A stretch of 64,000 nt of DNA from positions 1-64,000 of the forward strand of contig JAVKOQ020000117.1 in assembly GCA_031835245.2 (NCBI GenBank), written 5' to 3'. Positions 28,230-40,997 of this stretch are shown one piece after another. The notes under the pieces are model-generated. The model was given only the letters and a program-made list of their open reading frames with translations. It was not told the DNA's origin and searched no databases. The translations under genes and the position numbers were made by a program. Position 1 is the first letter of the stretch, and each line of letters starts with the position of its first letter. Origin of the DNA: Balamuthia mandrillaris (taxonomy: Eukaryota).

Positions 28230-29523
28230 CAGAGTGCCCATGAAGGTGAACCTCGTCTACAAGGTCGTGCTCGAGAAGTTCAACCAGCCCTCCGAGACCC
28301 GAATCTAGCATGGCTCAGTCTCTTCAAACGCGAGTGGCCTAACGCCTTCAAGGAGTGCGCTCTCTCTGACTCCCATGGGGCCACCGCCAAATATTCCACC
28401 CTCCTCTCACACGTGCTGACGTCTACTCTATCGCCCCTGCCCCCGACGCGGTGGATCCGAACAGCGGCTGTGAAGACAGCAGCAGCGACGATGACACCCT
28501 CGGGGACACCGTAGTCAGCTATGCCTAGTGTCACTAAGTGACGATGACGAAAGTGTACTTGAACCCCCCCCAGCACTTCCAGGAAGCACCGCCCCTCGTC
28601 TCTCTTGGCCGTTGATGCCAGCATTCGCGCGCTCCGTGACGTCGTTCAAGAGCTTGTCGCCAGCCAAACCAAGCTCTGCTTTGCGCTGTGCGCGGAGTAC
28701 CTCCTGGTGGAGCTCCGTGTGGAGTGATGCTGCCAATACACTCTTCACACCCAACGCGCACCCACACCTGCCTGCCGCTCTTGTACCCAACTCCCTTCTC
28801 TCTAGAGCGAAACGACTGGGCTCAACCAGTCAGCACGCTGGCACTGACCAAGACGCCCGTTTCTGGGACAACTAGGACCGCTACTTCGAAGACAACGTCG
28901 CTGGCGGCGTCGCCTTTGAAGGCCTCACCGTCTGCGTCCTGGGCAACATTACGCGTGCCAACATCCTGGCACACCTTGGTGATGAATGCAATAGCCTCTT
29001 CCACTGCTATGAACACAAGTGCCGCAAGGGTGACGCCTGGTAGGCCTTACCTTCCGCACCGACACAAATGCCAAGCAACTCCTCAGGCGTGGTAAGCTGT
29101 ACCTGCCCGGCGGCTCCATCATGGAGAAGGCCAAGGAACGTTCCAACCTTTGTCGTCCTGACCTTCACGATGGAGACCAGTGATGATGACGGAACCAGTG
29201 ACGACGATGATGCGCCCACGCCTACCGATAGTCTCAAGCAACCCTGCCTTGCCCTCCTCCTGGCCGTTGACGCCAGCAACTGCTCACCGCGATGTCATTC
29301 ATGGACTCGTAGCCAACCAAACACGGCTCCACCAGGAGGTGCTTCGGGCACAGCGTGAGACTGAATCCCAGCCACAGGACGGAGTGCGACCAGTCGGCAC
29401 GAACCTCCGCTCCAGTCTCCGTGTGGAGTGATGCCGCCAACAACACTCTTCACCCCCAATGTATTCCAGCGCCTCCTTGCCCCCCCCCCCCTCCTCCTGT
29501 CCAACTTGCTGATAGCCGCTCCT

Positions 29524-29556
<33 letters not shown>

Positions 29557-29585
29557 GTCTCTCTCTCTCTGTCTCTTTCTCTGTC

Positions 29586-29618
<33 letters not shown>

Positions 29619-30128
29619 GTCTCTGTCTCTGTCTCTTCTCTCTGTCTCTGTCTCTGTCTCTGTCTCTGTCTCTGTCTCTGTCTCTCTGTCTTCTCTGTCT
29701 CTGTCTCTGTCTCTGTCTCTGTCTCTGTCTCTGTCTCTGTCTCTGTCTCTGTCTCTGTCTCTGTCTCTCTGTCTCTGTCTCTCTCTCGCTAGCACCAAAG
29801 GCTCTGCAACCATAAACATGGGAGAGGAACATGGAATACTTGGCGTTTACTCTCGTGGCGTTCCTCTACAAGCAGTGACGATGATAAAGACACCACATCC
29901 ACACCTCAAACAGCTTGGCTATGTGTTCCGCATGGCCGTTGATGCCAGCATCTGGGCACTGCGTGATGTCACCCAAGGGCTCCACCAAGAGATGCTCCGG
30001 ACACAGCTTGAAACAGAAGCCTGTCACCTCCATAACGCCTAACACCAAGATTGATTCACTCCTGGGGGAGGTGGCAGCCCTCCGTTCCAACCTTTCGCTC
30101 ACCCTTACAGCACCACCCCCAATGTAGT
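28230..30128 (+). pseudogene. Decayed multi-copy coding fragments (three copies of an AVDAS...LHQEVLRAQ module)
   Basis: Homologous modules near 28605-28760, 29260-29460 and 29930-30040, with in-frame stops and one micro-inversion. No recognisable family. Confidence 0.45.
29525..29787. repeat. (CTCTGT)n microsatellite
   Basis: Read directly. Confidence 0.95.
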
Positions 30129-30519
30129 CAAGCACCTCTCTGTTGTGCCTGTGCCCAACTCACCACTCTCCACTCACTCATTTTTCTCTCGTTACAGTGC
30201 CGTGAGGATGAGCTCTCATGCAGAAAACCAATGAGGAACTAGCAGCCGGTTAACAAGGCATTGAGATGGGAAGCGATTAGGACAAGAAGCAAGCTATTTA
30301 CAAACTCAGTGTACGATATTTTTTGCTTCTCTTTCCTCTCTTTTGATGTTATCTGTCTCTGTTGTCTTCGAATCTCTGTTTTTCTTTCTTTTTTTTCTCT
30401 CTATGTCAGAGGACCAGTCCAGTCCTCCATGATACAACACCATTAGTATCTTGTTCTTTTTCAACTGCTTCTCTCATTCTCCCTCATAGTGCCAGTCGGG
30501 TCCTCCACCATACATCTTG

Positions 30520-31070
30520 TTCTCTGCTCTCTGCTCTCTGCTCTCTGCTCTCTGCTCTCTGCTCTCTGCTCTCTGCTCTCTGCTCTCTGCTCTCTGCTCT
30601 CTGCTCTCCTCTCTGCTCTCTGCTCTCTGCTCTCTGCTCTCTGCTCTCTGCTCTCTGCTCTCTGCTCTCTCCTGCTCTCGCTCTCTGCTCTTCTCTGCTC
30701 TCTGCTCTCTCGCTCTCTGCTCTCTCTCTCTCTCTCTGCTCTCTGCTCTCTGCTTTCTCCTCTCTCCTTTCTCTTGTTCTCCCATATCCCCTCTCCTCCC
30801 GTCTCCCGTCTCCCGTCTCCCGTCTCCCGTCTCCTGTCTCCCGTCTCCCTCTCCTCCCGTCTCCCATCTCCTCCCGTCTCCTGTATTCTGTCTCCTGTCT
30901 TCTGTGTCCCTCTCGCCTCTCCCCTCTCCCTCCCTCTCCCCTCTCCCCTCTCCCTCTCCCCTCTCCCCTCTCTCCCCTCTCTCCTCTCCCTCCCCTCCCC
31001 CCCTCTCCCCTCTCCCCTCTCCCCTCTCTCCCTCTCCCCTCCCTCTCCCCTCTCTTCCCTTCCCCTCTCA
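30520..31070. repeat. Compound pyrimidine-rich heptamer satellite (CTCTGCT)n, then (CTCCCGT)n, then (CTCCCCT)n
   Basis: Read directly. Confidence 0.95.
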
Positions 31071-31344
31071 GGTGCCTGTCTCCTCCTGTCTCCCTCTAAG
31101 AGATCTCTCCATCTCTGAGTTGCTTTTCAGTCTATTCTCCTTTGTTTACTGTCTCACACAACTATCACTTTTTTTCCTTTCTTTCTTTCTTTCTTTTATC
31201 TGCCTCTGTTGTTTTTCCTTATCATCATCAACTGACTCTTTTCCCTTTAGATTATCGTCCAACACCAGCCATTTACAGCATTGTTGCCAGGTATTTCTTT
31301 TGCTCGTTATCTTTCAATTTCTCTTTCTCTCTGTCTCCCTCTTT

Positions 31345-31515
31345 ATCTCTCTCTCTCTCTCTCTTTCTCTTTCTCTTTCTCTTTCTCTTTCTCTTTCTCT
31401 TTCTCTTTCTCTTTCTCTTTCTCTTTCTCTTTCTCTTTCTCTTTCTCTTTCTCTTTCTCTTTCTCTTTCTCTTTCTCTTTCTCTTTCTCTTTCTCTTTCC
31501 CTTTCTCTTTCTCCC
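31345..31515. repeat. (CT)n followed by (CTTTCT)n microsatellite
   Basis: Read directly. Confidence 0.95.
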
Positions 31516-31611
31516 TTTCTTGCTCCATCTTGCTTTCTCTTTTCATGTTGTTTAAATACTAAATGCGTCATCTTTGTTTTCCTGCCACTATAGGTAAGCC
31601 AGTGGCATAGC

Positions 31612-31890
31612 TGAGAACGAGAATGAGAACAAGCACAAGCACAAGAACGAGAATGAGAATGAGAATGAGAATGAGAACAAGAATGAGACCAAGAACAAGA
31701 ACAAGAACAAGAACGAGAATGAGAACACGAATGAGAACATGAACAAGAACGCGAACAAGAACAAGAACGAGAATGAGACCAAGAACAAGAATGAGAACGA
31801 GAATGAGAATGAGAATGAGAATGCGAACGAGAACAAGAACAAGAACAAAAATGAGAACAAGAATGAGAACAAGAACGAGAATGAGAACGT
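31612..31890. repeat. Degenerate hexamer satellite (GAGAAT/AAGAAC)n
   Basis: Read directly. Confidence 0.9.
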
Positions 31891-32022
31891 GGAGCCAGGA
31901 TGAGACTGGGAACAAGGACAAGAAAAAGAACAGCAGAACAACAGCAGAGGATGTGAATAGGTCTTTTGATTTGGGATTGGTTCGGAAAATAAACAATTTG
32001 AACACTATTATGGTTCTTTGGT

Positions 32023-32217
32023 GTCTAAACAGCTATCTAAACACCTGTCTGAACACCTGTTTAAACATCTGTCTATACAGCTATCTATGCAGCTGTCTAA
32101 ACACCTGTTTAGATAGCTGTATAGACAGATGACCATACAAGAAAAAATCGTTCCCGTTTATGCTATATGTCCATTCACAGTGTATAGACAGGTGTTTAAA
32201 CAGGTGTTTATACAGCT
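32023..32217. repeat. 12-bp quasi-palindromic repeat array (GTCTAAACAGCT-like) in both orientations
   Basis: Nine consecutive 12-mers at 32023-32130 and about three more at 32181-32217. Confidence 0.85.
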
Positions 32218-32224
32218 CCGATCA

Positions 32225-32654
32225 TCCAACGGAGTTCTTCATTATCAAGTTCAACTTGTGTGCTGCACAGTGAATGTGTAAACTGTTAAGAAAATGAGAA
32301 GAAGTGATAATGTTTTGTGTACCAATCTGCTACAATGAAGAGGTTGTTGAGGTTAATTAATGCTGAATGTTTTGCAAACGTCTCATACTCTTTTGTCAAT
32401 TTTCACCGCTGTGGTTTTTTGAGAACAGCATCAAAGACGTGTCCTGTTACAGCAAGATAGGCGTCTTGAGCAGATGATGTCCAAAGGTCAAACGTCAGTG
32501 CCTTCCATGTCCCACGTTGACGTTTAGCTGACAACAGTGCTACTGCAGAAACATATCGTTTGTTGATTGCCTTCTCTAAGTGGTAGCGAGAAGGTGGAGA
32601 AGTGCTTTTCTTTGCGAGTGCAGAGAGTAATGCTTTGAAAGAGGGCCTTTCCAA
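32225..32654 (-). mobile_element. hAT-superfamily transposase fragments (internally deleted)
   Basis: RPSFKALL...PPSR...ALTFDLWTSSAQDAYLAVTGH (first catalytic Asp region) and, at 32251-32280, HIHCAAHKLNL (hAT CxxH motif). Confidence 0.85.
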
Positions 32655-32685
32655 ACAATGAGAAGAGAGAGAGAGAGAGAGAGAC

Positions 32686-32717
<32 letters not shown>

Positions 32718-33167
32718 CGCGAGGAAGATAAACTTTGAAAACCCTTGACTTAGTTCTTAACTTGGTGCTTGAAAACCTCTTTCCAACACAGAGCCACACT
32801 TGTGATTATGTTTTTCTTTCCGTTGGATTCGTTGGTAGCTCCATGGTGAAGAAGGACAGAACGGAGGCAAGAAAAAGAGAAGCAAACAACAAAACTAACG
32901 CAGAGATGAGCGCTCATGAATAAGCTGTGTCGCCTTATCATGTAAGCGCTCATGAATCGAGTGCTCCGTTTACAGCACCGCCTGCCTAGGCCGATTCCCA
33001 CCACCCCTGGGTGATCTCAGATGTGTCGACCGACTACGTAGGATGGGATGATGATGATTGATGACGATGCTAGTGATGGAGGCGCAAGGGGGGGGGGGGG
33101 GTGGTCCTGGCCATTGGGGCAGCAGAGAGAGGAGAGGTTGGCTCGTTGGCGTTGAAGAAAGCGAGTT

Positions 33168-33214
<47 letters not shown>

Positions 33215-33325
33215 AAGAGTGTGGAGCGGGGCCACCTACCAAACCCAACCCAAAGGCCAGCCTAGGTCGAGTTATCTTTTTTTTTTTGTTTTGTGAGGGT
33301 AGCATCGACGACGGTCCCCAGCCAA

Positions 33326-36178
33326 ATGAGTTCAAGCAACAAGGTTGAGGCTTCTTCTCCTTGCAGCGAGGTACTTAATGATAGCCCTGCTCGTTCAACC
33401 GGTGCTCCCGCTGCTACTTCCCCCAACAACCACGTTTCGACCGCGGCAAGCGCTCGACAACAACGCAGAGGAAGGAACCGTCATCCTCAGCGGCTGCTCG
33501 GCTTCTCCTACTACTTTGGGCAAGGCGCTCACCAAGAGTCGACTTACTTTTCACGTACGTTGGGAGCGACTACCTTTCGCACTGCTCACTTCTCCTCCGC
33601 CTCGCACGACAAGAGAGCAGGAGCTCCTTGCTTTACCTTTGTTAACTACGGTTTGCTCTTCCTGGCTGTGTTGGTGTTCTTTTGCTCTGACGCGAGTCTT
33701 TTACTTATTCTAGAGTTTTGTGTACCTGGGGCAACGTTTCATGACGCGGTGACCATCGATGTAGCAGAAACAAAAGAAGACCAAGCATCGCTCCAACAAC
33801 AGCGGCAGCAAGTTGTCTGTCCAAGTGAAGCAAACGAGGAGGAGAAGTCGGTTGGTGAAAGAAGCGAACGGGTAGAGGTGCAGATCTCTAGCAGGAACCC
33901 AACCTCGGAAAAAGGAGCTGCCGGACAAGAGAGGACGTTTCGAATAGGCCCTCCTGCTGCTACACGGAAGAATGCTTCCGATGAGGCAAACGCTGAGATG
34001 GAAAAGAAGTGGAGGAAAGCAACAAATACGAAGCATACAGAAACACAAGGCGAAAAGTTGGTGATGCAGCAACAGAATGAGCAGCCGTCAAACAAAGCTC
34101 GGAACGAATCCTTACTTCTACCTAATGAAAGCTACGAAAGAGATAATGCTTCTTTCTTCTGCTCCTTCGATAGCTTTTTTGCGGGCAAGAACACTCCCTC
34201 CAACGAAAGCACAAGCCATGCATTGGGAAAGAAATGGCAACGAAAACGACGAGCTTCTCTGGGGGAAGCTTCAACTCTATCGCCGCACCTCGGTCAGAAG
34301 GAACAGCGAAGAAGGGTGTACCCTCAGCGCTATTTTCGGTTTCAACGCGAGACACAACCAAATTCAAACCGGTTCCTCGAACACGTTACAAACGACTTTA
34401 CTTCTCGCTCTATCGGGCTCGCGCCAGCAGGTCTTTGGAACAACAACGCTCATCTTAACTTGGTCATATTTGCGTGCACCTATCGCGATGCTTTCCGGAC
34501 CCATCTTTGGCCTTATCATCCAATCCATCCAGCTGCTCTTCATGAAGGTACAATCCCATCCTTCAACTTAGGAAACACTCTACCAACACTGTTATTGTAA
34601 AAACAGACAACATCTATTATGTGCTATGTACCCCCGAAGGAGAGCGAGAAAAAAGTGTGCTGTCGCTAAGTGTGTTGGTAGTGCTTTCGTTGGGTGCGCT
34701 TCTGGAAGACGCCAAGCAAACGTCGCAACATTTCTTCGCAAGAGCGCGCGATCATTTGACACACATGTTCGACGAGACGAACTATTGTGTGGCTTTAGTG
34801 TTGCTCGCGATGTCTTACTACGCCACGTTTGTGGATTGCGACGAGAAACAGGCAGAATATTATCTGATTCTGGCCCAACAAATCTGCCAACAAATGCATG
34901 CTCCACTCTGATGTGTACTTGCGTTCCCTTCATTACTCGAGCTTACTTCCTTCCACAACTTTGGATGACATGCTTCGTTGTCAAAACCTGTTTACCCGAG
35001 CGAAGTCATGGCCGCACTTTCCTTCGCATGACCCTGACGACAGCAAGCTAATGGCATCACTTCCTACCTCTCTCGCCCATTTGAGCAGCATCAACGATGG
35101 GATGAGCGTGCTCCTCTCCGTTCGAACTGGAATGAGAATAGCCAGAACAGGAACCAAAGATGTCAACCTTAGAAACTTTGTAGCTGCATTAGATGAACTC
35201 TCCGTAACCCTAGACGTGGATCGCGAAGCACAGCAACACGTAAATCCTTTGCCGGATTCCATTCGCTTCTCGTTACGGGCATTTGTCCTTGCCCTCAAGG
35301 CGGAATGTTTATGGCTAACTAACACTACTCCCACTCGTTCCGTGGAGGCCCAAAGCTCTGCCATACTCTTTCTGGAAGAATCTCAGAAACCGCTCTTTGC
35401 AATGGCTCCTGGAGATGTGGCCACCGTTATTCCAGCAATGATCAACATCTTCTGCGAGTCAGAACGATTCGATTTGCTTGGACGTCTATTGGATTCTTGC
35501 AGAGTTCTTTCTGCCAAGTATCCAGCCGTGAAGGAAAGCATCTCGTTCTACGAAAAGAGTCTCTTTCCTGGTTCTTGCCCTTCTTCTTCAGTTACACCAC
35601 GGTACCCAGTTACGGAGAGCCGTAATGATGACCTCACGGATGAGAGCGCCGCATTACATTATCATCACCTACAACACCACCAACAACGTTGTCATCCATC
35701 CAAAGAGGATGATCATGCTTTCGTCACCCCACAACTCGCACGCTGTGGTAATTATTCTTTATTTTCACCTTGCGGGGATGAAAGTGGCCCGCAACTGGAT
35801 CTACTTTACACGACAATGGATAAAGAAAATGCTGTGGAAGATAGGAGTAACTCCTCCTTTTTCCAATCATTAATATCTCCGCTGTGTCATCATCAAAGTT
35901 GCGATCGCAGGATAGTTAGCGACGAAAAAGACAACAACGTGCAGGATTTTCCTCTCTCCAGAGGAGGAAGTAGTTGGCAAGAGGAGGGTTTGGAGTCTTT
36001 CGTCATCGGGAGTGGCTCCACTGACCTTCGGGACTTAGCTTGGTCTTGGGATCTTTCACCCAACCAACAACCTCAACTGCAGGGGCCATCACTTACCTAC
36101 AAACCAGCCGACGTTGTTTTATCTCCGCAATGGCCATTTCCACCAACGTCACCATCTCATGTTCATCCGCAACACTAG
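33326..36178 (+). CDS. Fungal-type transcription-factor-like protein (middle homology region), apparent frameshift near 34905
   Basis: LSLGALLE...FFARARDHLTHMFDETNYCVALVLLAMSYY...AQQICQQM/HSDVYLRSL resembles the helical region found behind Zn2Cys6 domains. No Zn cluster seen. Confidence 0.45.
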
Positions 36179-36406
36179 TGCGCCACTTGTTTGTGATGGC
36201 GCCTATCCACAGAGAACATCCATCTTAGTCAGACGCCTTAATGAGTTCAATTTAGAATCGTAGGTACGAGACTTTTTTGTTTTTGTTTTTTGCTTTCTCC
36301 TCATAAAAAACATAGAAGTTTCAATGTATGTGCAAGAAGAAGAGGGAGGAGAAGGAGCTAACATATAAATAATACCAAGGGACAAAAGAAGGCGGGCGGC
36401 CCTCCT

Positions 36407-39400
36407 TCAAGAGGGAGGCAGTCCTGGGCCGTTATCTGGAGAGACAAAGGAAGCTGTGTCATGCACCTCCAAAGGCCGTGACAACAAGAACAACGCCCAC
36501 ACGTGCAGCAGTACCTGGCGGACAAGCAGGAAAGAGGTGGGTATGTGAGAGAAGGGGAGAGAGACGAAGAAAAGGGTTGCAAATGACGTACAAAATAGAA
36601 AATGAGAAACAAACGGGCAACTGGATTGCCTCGAAGAATTCTGCCAACTTTTGCACTAAGAGCATCGAGAGCATTGGCAGCGTTAACGCTGTGAGCATAG
36701 ACTTTGTGGGTGCTGGATTGGGGATCGGAGGTGGACCACGACTGAGGGACGAGAGATGAAGTGAGCCTCATTCGGAGCGTGTCGGCATCTTCTCTGGCGG
36801 AAGAATTGCCAGCGAGGCGAGAATAGGCTCCTCTCATTCCCTGCACTCCCGTCTCGATATCTTTGTTCTGCCGATGCAAGTAAAACCTCAATAAGAAAAG
36901 TGAAAACTGTAGAAACAGCGGAAGGGAGAAACATACGCTCTTTTGTAGTACGCTTTGTAAACGCATTTGAAGAGCGTTCCGTTCGCTATTCAGAGTCTCC
37001 ACCTGAGCTTGCAAGTGTATCATGCGGTCGGTCATGAGCCGGAGACTGTTTTCCAGTTCGCTTTGCTGCTGTTGTTGTGAAGAGTCACTGCTACTGCTAC
37101 TGCCACTGCTAGAGTTTGCAAGTTGTTGCTTTAGCTTGCTTATGACTTCATCTTTGAGGCGTAGAGCTTCTCCGTGCAGCTCCATAGCCTTTTGGTGCTC
37201 TTCCTTGGCGGCAGCTGCCTCGTGGCTTCGTTGCACGAGATCCATTTGAAGGCTTTTTACACGATTGCGCTCCTTGTTCAAGGAGCTCTCTATGTTTTGG
37301 ATGTGCTCTTCCACGATGCGCAGGTCAGCTTCGGCCTGTTGCTGTGCCTCTACGATCTCTGCCTGGAACCGTTTTCGCTCGTTCTCTAGCAGCTGCTTTG
37401 TGTCCATAAGCTGTAACCTGAGCACCTCGTTCTCAGTCTGAAGCTTCAACAGCTGCTCCGTTTCATCATCACCCAACCACGACGCTTCCGCGCCAACTGC
37501 AGCAGTTTCGTCCACGAGTTCTTCGCTTTGCTGTTGGCTCGAAGTGTCTACAATTTCTCCGCCCTCATTGAGTTCAGAGGAAGGAACGACCGTGCCATCA
37601 CCACTTTCAGAGGATCGTTGAGAGTTGGTGCCTCGTGTCTGAGAAGCCGCCACTCGTTTCAAGCGAAGAATGGTGGCCTCCCTTTGCCGCAACACCTTTT
37701 GTGCTCGCAGCTTGTACTCTGCTAGCTCCTGTCGAAGCGACTCCGAGAGAGCCTGTAGATGCGCCGTTTGACTAGTGGCAATCTGCAGCTTGTGCGTTTT
37801 CTCCTCCAGCAGCCGCTGGCTGTTGGCCAGAGACTTGCTGTACTCTGCAATGTCTGCCTGCAGTTGTTGCTCCCGGCTTTGCGCCTCAGTGCGATCCCTC
37901 AGAGAACTCTCTCTCTCCACAGCCAATTGCTCCTCTAACTGTTGGTTATGAGTGTTCAACGATTGTACCGTTTGTTTGTGGGAGTGCATCATTGCATCCT
38001 TTTGTTGTCGTTCTTGCTGCAGCTCCTCGTTCAGCAACCGGATGTTGTTTTCCAGCCGTTGGATAGTGGCGGACAGCTCTTGCTTTGCATCCTCTAAAGA
38101 CACCTGCAAGGCCGCGTTTTGGGCATCCTTTTTCTTGAGAATGGCATCAAACTCATCCTCGCTTTTCTTCAACTTGGTCAGCAATCGTTCTTTCTCGACT
38201 GCCTCCAACTGGAGCTTATGTGCCATATCTCGCGACTGATAAGAGAAAGCAAGAGTAATGTTTTCAATTTTCTTTGTAGTAAACAACAAAAACATAAAGC
38301 AAGCAAACCTTTTGAAACTGTTCTTGAAGCTGACGATAGCGCTCGGTAAGCCCTGACACTTCGTCATTCAAGGCACGAACTTCACTTCGCAGCAGCTTAT
38401 TCTCCATTGCCAGACGCGAGTTCTCCTCTAAAAGCGAGTCGTAATAGGATGCCTCCTCTGATTCATCTTCTTTGTCATCACTTGTTTCTTCTTTCTCTTC
38501 TTGTTCTTCGACTGCCTGTTCTTCCTCTTCGACCTCCTCTTCTCCTTCTCCTTCTTCAGGTTCTGGTTCCCTCGTAGTTTCATTGCCCTTTGCTTTAACT
38601 CTTTCGCTCTCTTCTGATCCCTTTTCTGTGCCTTCATGGTCTTCCTTCTCCGTTTCTGTTTTAGCATCGCTTGGCAGTCCTCCTCTTCCCTCCTGCTCCT
38701 TGTTTGTAGTCTCTTGCCGCTCAACTTCTTTATTCATCGTATTGCCAACTATGCTTGTTCCTTCGTCCTGTACTTCAGTTACATTTTGTGGTACCATTTC
38801 ACCTATCTGTCCTTCTTTATCCAACGCCTCTTGTTCCGTCTCAACGTTCGTCGCTTGTGCTTCTCTTCTCTCCACATCCACTTCTTTTGTATCATTCACC
38901 TGTTGCTGCAGCGGAGCAGCAACAGCGGAAGAAGATGCTGCCATCTGCTCTTCTTCATCGCCCTTCCTTTCCACCTTCACTTCATCTTGCTTTTGGTGCT
39001 GTTGCTTCTGTTTCTCTGCAAGTGATGATGGAGGCGGTGACGGCGTTCTCTTCGTTGGCGAGAGAGACCTCTCTGTTGGGGTTGTCGTTTTCTTTGTTGG
39101 CCGTTTTCCTCTTGGAGAAGGAGCCTGTAAGTTATTTCTTTGGTTGCTGTTGGACGTTCCTCCTCCTGCTCCTCCTCTTTTCGCTGGTCTTGCAGGACTG
39201 ATCGTCGTCGTAGCCGATGTTGTTGCTGTTCTGTCTCTCTTGTTGTTGGAGTCAATGGGGGTGGCAGCGTTGAGAAAGGCAAATATTTCTTCATCCGACT
39301 TGAGTTTGGCAGGAGGCAACCTGCTTGAGGAGGAGGATCCTTGTCTGTGTCTTGAAGAAGAAGAAGAGGAGGAGGAAATAGAGGAGGGTGAACCAAGAGG

Positions 39401-39644
39401 AGCAGAAGCTGAGCCGTTGTCTGAAGCGGCACTAGGCTGGCCTGTTTGACCATTTGCTTCTCCTATGTAACATTTGTCAAAATGGAAGCAAGGGGAAAAA
39501 AACAAGAAGAGAGGACCAAGAAGAAGCCCAAGATATAGAAAGAGCAGAAAGAGAGCAACCTTTGAGGGGAGACTGGCTGATCGTCTTGGCGGCAGCCTCA
39601 TCCACCTTCTCCAGAAGAGACTCCAACCGCCCAAGGAAATTCAT
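36407..39644 (-). CDS. GOLGA5: Golgin-84-like coiled-coil Golgi membrane protein
   Basis: N-terminal MNFLGRLESLLEKVDEAAAK motif, long coiled coil, QAQVETLNSERNALQMRL, and C-terminal LDALSAKVGRILRGNPVARLFLIFYF/VLLHVWALFLL transmembrane segment. Confidence 0.85.
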
Positions 39645-40187
39645 GCGTTCGTTTTTAACCAGGTGGTATCACCTTTTTTTTTTTTGATTCTTGTTCTTGG
39701 CCTAGCTATCGATGCTGATGCTTTCAACACGCCACAGAAGAGCAAACGAAACCTGTTTTCAAATCAGTCCGCGCAGACCTCTCTTCTTCTTTGTCGACAT
39801 AAATCACAAACCGAAAGGAAAAAAAAACAGCGTGTCCCAACCAATAGCAATCATTCGTTTCGGCTAATAAAAAATCAGAAATCGAGAAAAATAATTGCGT
39901 GCAGCGGGGTTTGAACGCCCGCCCTCTGCACCAAAAAAAATAAAGGCAAGGAGAAAGAGACAGGAGTGAAAGGAAGAAGACAAAGGGGGCTGTTTTAAAA
40001 AAAGGGGGTGGTGGAGGAAAGAAAAGCCTCTGTCTATTCTTCTTGGTTTGGGGGTTGTTATCGAAAAAAAAAAGTATTAGAGGCGGCTATTTATTTATTT
40101 ATTTTTTTTGGTTTTTTTTAACCAAAATTATTTATTTAATCAGAGCCTAAGGAGGGGAGAGGGAAACAAAAAAAACACTAGTAAAAG

Positions 40188-40408
40188 ATGGAGGGTGCTG
40201 CAACCATCGACGCAAAGAGCCAGCAGGTGCTGCAGGAGAACTTGGAGAAGCACCTCAAGGAGTGGTCCCGAGGGGTTGTTTTTTCCCAGGACGGGAAAGT
40301 ACTGGCCACCACTTTTGATGTGGATCTGAATGAAATAGAGTTAGTGGTTTTCCCTCCTTTTCCTTTCTCTCCTCTCTTTCTCCTTCCCATTCCCTCTTCT
40401 GCTCTTGT

Positions 40409-40446
<38 letters not shown>

Positions 40447-40955
40447 TCCAAGCTTGTCACTGATCTTCCTTTCATTTTATTCTCCTGTTTGTGTAACACT
40501 GTCCATCTCAGAGACCTTACCCGCATCTTTGACGACAGCGAAAACGCTTTTCGTTTTGGTGCGGTCATAGACGGTGACCATTTCGATGTACATAGGTGTG
40601 TTGGTGCCTTCTCCTCTCTTCCTGTCTACTTCACTCTAACCTTTGGTTTTGCAGGTTTTATCCAACGCTTGTTTATGGGCGAAGAGGCGATTCTGAGACA
40701 GGAGAAGGGTTTTGCGTCTGCAAAACCGTGAAGGCGGTAGAACAAGAAGGCAAAGCCAAAACCAAGAAACAGGCAGGAAGCAGCGGTGATGGCTCTGGCT
40801 CTTCCGGCAAATGCATCTTCACTCTCATAACCTATGCTTTTCCTACCCTGTCAGCAAGGGCCATTCCTCAGCTGCAAAATTTTTCCAAAGAATTTGGTAA
40901 GCGGCATTCGGACGCTCTCGACGCTCTCTTGTTTTTTTTTGGTTTATGTTGATAC

Positions 40956-40997
<42 letters not shown>

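Noticed and set aside
29295..32132. Long low-complexity ORFs (SLSL, RDRD, EKEK, LCSLLSA)
   Set aside because: Translations of simple repeats with no evidence of coding function.
32023..32217. CRISPR-like array
   Set aside because: Contiguous 12-bp units without unique spacers, no cas genes, eukaryotic context.
39899..39931. tRNA gene
   Set aside because: Far too short and lacks D and anticodon arms.
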